A stretch of DNA of 64,000 bases. It comes from a bacterium. Its GTDB lineage: Bacteria > Desulfobacterota > DSWW01. The stretch is taken from the NCBI GenBank assembly GCA_040756235.1, contig JBFLZG010000103.1, forward strand, positions 1 through 64,000, given 5' to 3'. Below the pieces are notes generated by a model, which saw only the letters and a program-made list of their open reading frames with translations, searched no databases and was not told the DNA's origin. Positions 58,179 through 64,000 of this stretch are shown here, piece after piece (positions within the stretch are counted from its first letter, which is position 1; each line of letters opens with the position of its first letter). The position numbers and the translations under genes were made by a program.

Positions 58179-58628
58179 GAGGCTGTTGGACGGGGATGGC
58201 CGAAGGCGTACCGCCCAGCCCCGAACACCGCCTTTTCGCCCCCGATCCGCCTCCCTTGGAAATGGAAGCGTTCCCGGAAATTTGGGCGCTGCCTTTGCCT
58301 TCGGGCTGCATCTAACGAGTGAAACGGGCACCCCGATCCGAAAGAGGGGCTCCTCAGGAGGGGGGGCCGAACGCCAAGCGAGGGGATGGCGCTTGCGCTT
58401 CGACAATGACCCGAATCGAGGGATTCAGACCGACTTCCGACGGATCTCGCCTGCGAACGCAGATAGTCATTTCCCTGCTCTTGCGGACTCTCCAATCGTT
58501 TGCCTGATGGCCGGTCCGGCGGGCTGCGAGGCCCATGCCGGAAGAACCAGAAACGGAAACCGGGTCGCGAGCCCTGGCAGCCGAGCCGGTGGCGAGGGGA
58601 TCCGCGATACCACGGATGACGCGAGGAA

Positions 58629-59183
58629 ATGATTTTCAAGAGACGCGTGGTCATCGCAGGCCGGATCGTCCGGATCTACGAAAGGGGCGGCATTCTTCTG
58701 TCCAAATCGGGTGAATCCCTGGAGGAGATCAGCGACGGCATGCTCCGGGAGGGATCGCCCGAAGCAGAAGCGGTATCGGGCTGCCTCCTCTGCGACCGTC
58801 CTTCCAGTCACTGGGGGCTCTTCATGACCGGCGAGGAAGCCGCCTCGTTCGGCGGGGCTCACGCCTGCGAATCGGCCGGCACCTTCTTCGGGCTGTGCGG
58901 AAAGCACGATCCGCACGAGAATGAGGACGAGGTCTGTGATGCCGCCTACTGGGTCATGGCTTCCTATGTGGCGGTGGAAGGGGGCATCCGCCTGGCCGAG
59001 GAGGCCGTGAACACCTGGTTCGAGCTGCTGATCCGGGAGGGCCTGAACAAGGAGCAGGCCCTGAGGCATGTTCTTTCCAGGGTCGAGCAGGGCGAGCTTC
59101 TCGACGGGTTCGAGATGCCCGAGGACGTCAAGGCGGCAGTGTCCATGGCGCTCCAGGACGAGCTGAAAAGAGAGTCCCTGTAA
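58629..59183 (+). CDS. Hypothetical protein with a putative Cys/His metal site
   Basis: RBS gagga, acidic 184-aa ORF, CLLC and CGKH motifs. Confidence 0.65.
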   Translation: MIFKRRVVIAGRIVRIYERGGILLSKSGESLEEISDGMLREGSPEAEAVSGCLLCDRPSSHWGLFMTGEEAASFGGAHACESAGTFFGLCGKHDPHENEDEVCDAAYWVMASYVAVEGGIRLAEEAVNTWFELLIREGLNKEQALRHVLSRVEQGELLDGFEMPEDVKAAVSMALQDELKRESL

Positions 59184-59445
59184 GGGAAACAAGGCCGCAC
59201 CTTCCGGCCGTGTGCCGCCCGGCCGTGTCCCTCCGCCGCCGCTGCGCCGCGGCAGCGGACCCGCATGCGCTCGTCGGACACGGTTCATTCCCGTGCCTAC
59301 CGCTCCGCCTCCCCGCAAATCGTTTGCATTGCCGTTGTTTCCGTGATACAGGCCTGATCTCGGGGGTTGTTTCGCCATGCCGGCGGAGCAGGTGGACCGG
59401 CTCGTGCCCGACTTCGCCGGGGGTGTCTCTCGAAAGGGGAACGAT

Positions 59446-61119
59446 ATGGCTGCCTCGAGCTATGTGCCCATCCGCTTCCCGAAGCGAAACATTCTGGAGT
59501 ACGTCCAGGAGGCCGTGCGCAGGTCCCCGGAGCGATGCGCCGTCGTGTCCGGAGACGGAGCCGTCCGGCTGACCTTCGGCGAGGTCGATCGAAGGGCCAA
59601 CCGGCTGGCCAGCGCCCTCGCGGAGCTCGGGGTGAAGCAGGGGGACAGAGTCGCCATCTTTCAGAGCAACCGCTGGCAGTACGTGGAGCAGTACCTGGCC
59701 ATCCTCAAGCTGGGGGCCGTGTGCGTGCCGATGAATTTTCGCCTGAAAAGCCCGGAAGCGCTGTTCATCCTGAACGAGTCGGGTGCCGAGACCCTGCTGT
59801 TCGAGCAACGCTATCAGTCGATCTTCGAGCCGACTCTGGCTTACCAGCTCGCCGTGAAGAACCGCATCTGCACCGTGGGCGAAGCGCCCGAGTGGGCCAT
59901 GGATTATGAGCGCCTGCTTGCAGGGTCGGCCGATTCCGATCCGCCGCCGGTGGATCTGGGGCCGGACAGCATCCTGGCCATCTGCTACACGAGCGGGACT
60001 ACGGGGCTGCCGAAGGGGTCCGTCACCACGCACCGGAACGGAATGGTGAACTTCGAGGATTCCTTCGGAAAGAAGCTCATCGGAGTGGACGCGGTACACC
60101 CGGAGCTGGGGTACGTGGTCACCGCCTTGAACGTGCCCGCCTACCACATCGCCGGCATTTTCCTGCTCTACGCCGGCATGTGCATCGGCGCCACGACCGT
60201 GATCCCGGAAGCGTTCCTGCCGCAGCAGTTCATGGAGATCGTGCAGCGGGAGAAGGTGACCCTCACCTATCTGGTCCCGGTCATGTTTTTTTTCATCCTC
60301 ATGGACCCCGGGTTCCGCCGCTACGACCTCTCGAGCCTGCGCGTGGTGGCCTACGGCGCCATGCCGATGGACCCCGAGCTGCTGCAGAAGATCCTGACCG
60401 AGTTTCCTCCCGGAGTCCGCTACATGGACGCCTTCGGCTGCACGGAGTGCAATGCCACCAACATCGCCAAGGCGCCGGAGGACCATGACTTGAGCGGCAG
60501 CCCGGAAGAGGTGGAAAAGAAGCGGAAACGGCTCAGAGGCATCGGTCGGCCTCTGACCGAGGGGATCGAGACGAAGATCGTCGATCGTTACGGCAGCGAA
60601 GTCCCGCCCGGAGTCGTGGGGGAGGTGGTGTCGAGGGGTGAGAAGGTCACACCCGGATACTGGCGGAACCCCGAGAAGACGGCCGCCGCCTTCGACCGCC
60701 AGGGATGGTTCCACACCGGTGACTCGGCCTACAGGGACGAGGACGGCTATTACTATTTTGCCGACCGCTCGGGGGACATGATCAATCGGGGAGGCGAGAA
60801 CATCTTTCCGATCGAGGTCGAGAGAGTGCTGAGCCGGCACCCCGCGATCGCGGAGGCGGCCGTATTCGGCATCCCCGACCCTGCGTGGGGACAAAGAGTG
60901 ATGGCAGCCGTAGTGCTCCGTCCCGGCCAGTCCGCAACCGAGGAGGAGATCATCCGTTTCTGCAAGGAAGGGCTGGCCAGCTACAAGGCGCCCAGTGCGA
61001 TCCTGTTCAAGCAGAGCCTTCCGAGGACCTTTGAAGGGGGCAAGGTCAAGCGCAACGTGCTCCGGGAAGAGTGCCTGCGCAGTCCCCTGCTCACAGGGCG
61101 TTCGCCATCATTTCGTTGA
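59446..61119 (+). CDS. AMP-dependent acyl-CoA synthetase
   Basis: YTSGTTGLPKG, FGCTE, WFHTGD, MINRGGENI, YKAP. Confidence 0.94.
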   Translation: MAASSYVPIRFPKRNILEYVQEAVRRSPERCAVVSGDGAVRLTFGEVDRRANRLASALAELGVKQGDRVAIFQSNRWQYVEQYLAILKLGAVCVPMNFRLKSPEALFILNESGAETLLFEQRYQSIFEPTLAYQLAVKNRICTVGEAPEWAMDYERLLAGSADSDPPPVDLGPDSILAICYTSGTTGLPKGSVTTHRNGMVNFEDSFGKKLIGVDAVHPELGYVVTALNVPAYHIAGIFLLYAGMCIGATTVIPEAFLPQQFMEIVQREKVTLTYLVPVMFFFILMDPGFRRYDLSSLRVVAYGAMPMDPELLQKILTEFPPGVRYMDAFGCTECNATNIAKAPEDHDLSGSPEEVEKKRKRLRGIGRPLTEGIETKIVDRYGSEVPPGVVGEVVSRGEKVTPGYWRNPEKTAAAFDRQGWFHTGDSAYRDEDGYYYFADRSGDMINRGGENIFPIEVERVLSRHPAIAEAAVFGIPDPAWGQRVMAAVVLRPGQSATEEEIIRFCKEGLASYKAPSAILFKQSLPRTFEGGKVKRNVLREECLRSPLLTGRSPSFR

Positions 61120-61651
61120 TGTAAGGAGCCACCGCCTTCTCGAGCTCCTTCAGCTCGGGTCCATGGTCGAGGTCGGCCAGGGCGTGAGCGAGCTCGTGCC
61201 GGAGCAGCCCGATCAAGTCGTCCTCCTTCGATCCCATGCGGTTGATGAAGATCACCTCGTCGCCGGCATAGCCGCCGAGCCCGACCGACTGGTCCGTGGC
61301 CGCGACGTCCAGCACCTTGGGAAGGTCTCCCCATCGGTCCGCGCACTCCGACGACTGGCACCCGCCCGTGGTGCGGCAGACCTGGGGGATCTCTTGGTCC
61401 ATGGATCTTGCAAAGAAGAGACACTGGTCGGGACGGGAGCTCAGACCGGCCCACTCGGGGTCCTCGGAGGACAGTCTCCGGAAGCCCTGGATGACGGCCG
61501 TGACGGCCTGGAGCTCCTCATCCGTGATCGACGAACAGATGGAGACGCCCTCTACGACGCTCATCACCTGAGCCGGGTCCTCGGAGTCGTCGGTTCCACA
61601 GGACAGAAGCGAGACCAGGAGGAGCAGAACGGACATTTTTTTCGTGGCCAT
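61091..61651 (-). CDS. Lipoprotein with HExxH zinc-metalloprotease motif
   Basis: Lipobox LLSC; LRHELAHALADLDH. Confidence 0.7.
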   Translation of the reverse strand: MATKKMSVLLLLVSLLSCGTDDSEDPAQVMSVVEGVSICSSITDEELQAVTAVIQGFRRLSSEDPEWAGLSSRPDQCLFFARSMDQEIPQVCRTTGGCQSSECADRWGDLPKVLDVAATDQSVGLGGYAGDEVIFINRMGSKEDDLIGLLRHELAHALADLDHGPELKELEKAVAPYINEMMANAL

Positions 61652-62034
61652 GCCATGTCCTTTTCCCCCCCTGGCGGTGCTGAAGAGTGTGCTCCGGATG
61701 TCTCACATACCGTTGTGCTGCCGATTAGATGCATGCTCCCCGGTTTTCGGATGGAGTCATTCTTCCTGGATTCACCTTCTTTTGTTTTCGGCGATCGGCC
61801 CGGGTACGGCGAAATTCCACGGTATCAGAGGAGCGAGCGGGCCGGGAGGCTGCGGTCGGCCGGAGCCCGGGAGCCTGCTCGAGCAGGATGGGCCGCCAGG
61901 TTTGGACACAGGAGGGGGTCATCCTGGAGAGGGGAAACCCCACAGCGGTCAGCGTGACCGCGGGCAACGGGAGAAGCGGCAATCCGTCGTTATGGATCCG
62001 GCGGCCGTCTTCTCCCGTTCCCCTGCGGAAGGAA

Positions 62035-62400
62035 TCAGCCTCGGACGAGGATGCCGCGATCGCTCCGGGGGCAGCTGCGGCGCTGGAGGATCTGGGATGC
62101 ATCAGACGGCAGAAGGCCGCGCACGGCCGCGAGTTGCTGCTCCGCCTGGCCCGGTTCCGAGGTCAATCCACAGATGGAAACCAGGGCCCCCAGGTCAGGG
62201 AAGAGTGCGAGAATCGCATAAAAGGCCACGCCGGCGGCGACGATGGACAGGTTGTCCTGCGACTGCTCCTTCTTCACCCTGAGCAGGATGTCGTTCCAGC
62301 CGGACGGAGGAATCTGGTGCGGTTCATCCGCCTCCCTGCCCCTCGAGCCGTTGCCGTCGTTTCCGCCGTCTCTTTCCAAGAGCGTCTCCGTGCGTTTCAT
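62035..62400 (-). pseudogene. Truncated YihY/BrkB-family membrane protein
   Basis: GREADEPHQIP..GWNDILLRV..DNLSIVAAGVAFYAILALFP; similarity lost after ~100 aa. Confidence 0.75.
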
Positions 62401-62420
62401 GAAACCTCGAGCCATGGGAT

Positions 62421-62517
62421 AGAGCCTGTTCCGAGACGCCGATCTGCTTCATTCTCTCCACCCTGCGGCGTACCGAACGGTCCATCATTCCTCCGCTGGA
62501 GCTTTCGAACAAGCTCT
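62421..62517. mobile_element. Degenerate family A-related MITE
   Basis: agagcctgttccga ... tcgaacaagctct ends, internal tgcggcgtac. Confidence 0.5.
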
Positions 62518-62626
62518 GACAGGCCGTCGAGAAAGGCCGATCTGCGCGTTGCGCTGCGCGTAGTGTAAGGTACGGTCCTCAGCGCCTGCATCCGGACCTC
62601 TCTGCACGTCTGCACATCCTGCCTAG

Positions 62627-62900
62627 GACTGCCCATTACCCACAAGTCGGCCCAGCACGGACGCAACGCGAAATCCAGCTCGAAACCGCCATTCGGGAGG
62701 AGCGGGGAGCGGACCGCCGCGGTTTCCTCAGTTCCGTCACCCCGGCGCAGGCCGGGGTCCAGTCCCTGCTCCGCGTGATGACACCTCCGTTCCCTTGTGC
62801 AGACTTCTGGATCCCGGCTCGCACGCGCTACGCGGCGGGGCCGGGATGACGGACAGAGTCAGTGTGATCTTTCAGATTGACTTGTGGGTAATGCGCAGGC
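62627..62900. mobile_element. MITE-like element, family B, copy 2
   Basis: Near-identical to 4325-4596; flanked by ctag / ccag. Confidence 0.8.
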
Positions 62901-63542
62901 CCAGGAGCCGGCTTTCAACCGGTTCCTACGATAGATGCCTTTATAGAGAAAAACGCAGCATCCGAACCGCCTTCCCCGGGGCAATCGCGCGACAGTTGAG
63001 CGCGGTCTTCGAGGATCCGATCAGGTCGGACTTGCTTGCGCCTCTCGAAACGTTCGACGATGCCGGCCCAGCCAGAAAGCTCCGTCCGCACCGGAGGGTC
63101 TCACAATTGAGACCGTACCGTCTCATGGATGAGCGTGGAGCAAGAGAAAAGGCGCGGGCCGAGGAGCTATCGGGTCGGTCGGGATCCGCGGTATGCACGG
63201 CTACCGGCTTGTCTCACGGGCCTGCACGGCCCATCTTTCTGACAGGCTCTCGGTGGAAAGGGCTGGCGGCCCATCCCTTGCAAGGCTGGTGGCCATAAAC
63301 ATGCGGACTTTCCTCGCCACCTGAGACGACTCCGCAGCCGGCAGCCGACGGGAGCAAACATGCCCTTCTCGCGAGCCTGACACGTGGAGGAAGGCGCCTG
63401 GGGTGGGTTTCCAAAGGATGCTCGTAATGGTGTAGAGGTATGGAGGAACGGAATCGCACCCTTTGCCTGGAAGGTGACCAACGGCTCGCCGCACGTTCCG
63501 GCGGATGACCGGTTCCAAAGGAAGTGAAGATCGGGGGGAAAC

Positions 63543-64000
63543 ATGATCTCCAGACGACCTTGGATGCTGTCGAGCATGGTCTGTGCGTCCGTGATCTTCG
63601 GGCTGGCGCTTCCTGCCGGAGCCGTGTACATCGACGGCCAGCGTACCCTGAAGCTTTCGGCAAAAGTCCAGAGCCGGTTCTCTTTGCGCATGAACGATTC
63701 GGAAGGGTTCACCTTCCCGGATGTTACAGTGGGCGATCTGGTCCAGCAGCGCAACTTGGCCTTGCTCGAGATCGATCATGACCTCAAGGAGTTGACCGAG
63801 CAGCTGGACCTGCTTTATCCACTGCGGGCGCTCAGGGTCAGGGCGAAATATCACCTCGTGGGCCGCTTCCTGTATGAGGGGATCTATGATTACGGCCCGG
63901 AGGTCTTTCAGGATGTCCAGGACCGGGACCGGGACAATATCGAAAGTTTCAAGCAGAGCTACGATCTCTGGGAGTGCTATCTGGACCTGTCTCGAGGGCC
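63543..64000 (+). CDS. Partial secreted/outer-membrane protein (DUF1302-like), runs off the window
   Basis: Signal peptide ..LALPAGA|VYID, QQRNLA, YEGIYDYGP, DLWECYLD; open to window end. Confidence 0.6.
   Translation, partial: MISRRPWMLSSMVCASVIFGLALPAGAVYIDGQRTLKLSAKVQSRFSLRMNDSEGFTFPDVTVGDLVQQRNLALLEIDHDLKELTEQLDLLYPLRALRVRAKYHLVGRFLYEGIYDYGPEVFQDVQDRDRDNIESFKQSYDLWECYLDLSRG

Noticed and set aside
58179..58560. Further family A MITE starting agaggctgttgga
   Set aside because: Only one end is recognisable; no matching right end or core
1..64000. tRNA, rRNA, integrase or intact transposase genes
   Set aside because: None recognised by eye; a tRNAscan/HMM run would be needed to exclude them

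Overview
GC-rich bacterial window. Gene content and synteny suggest a deltaproteobacterium (Desulfobacterota/Myxococcota-like; inference). 1-30.5 kb is a large type IVa pilus locus: sigma54-preceded pilA, a non-canonical pilA paralog, a PilE-like pilin, pilD, a PilS/PilR-type two-component pair, a first FimT/PilV/PilW/PilX set, pilMNOPQ, an oppositely oriented second set with PilY1, then TPR-aroQ-TPR. pilB/pilT/pilC are not in the window. ~30.7-55 kb is an accessory, envelope-stress-flavoured block (DUF1614-like, TSUP, VapBC, zwf, kinase plus sigma54 activator, AcvB/VirJ, DegP, MprF, MgtA, DedA) with several gene remnants, a duplicated candidate sigma54 enhancer, and a partial paaK duplicate at its left edge. 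53.9-64 kb holds acyl-CoA ligases, esterases, a YihY pseudogene and a partial outer-membrane-type ORF. Intergenic DNA is rich in nested REP-like and MITE-like repeats. Most notable: (1) REP-like palindromes lie in frame within apparently very long (110 and 157 aa) prepilin leaders that PilD would remove; (2) Dx[DN]xDG calcium-binding-type loops occur in the major pilin and several other pilus subunits; (3) repeats are nested inside one another at defined sites. All calls come from reading motifs by eye; no database search was run.
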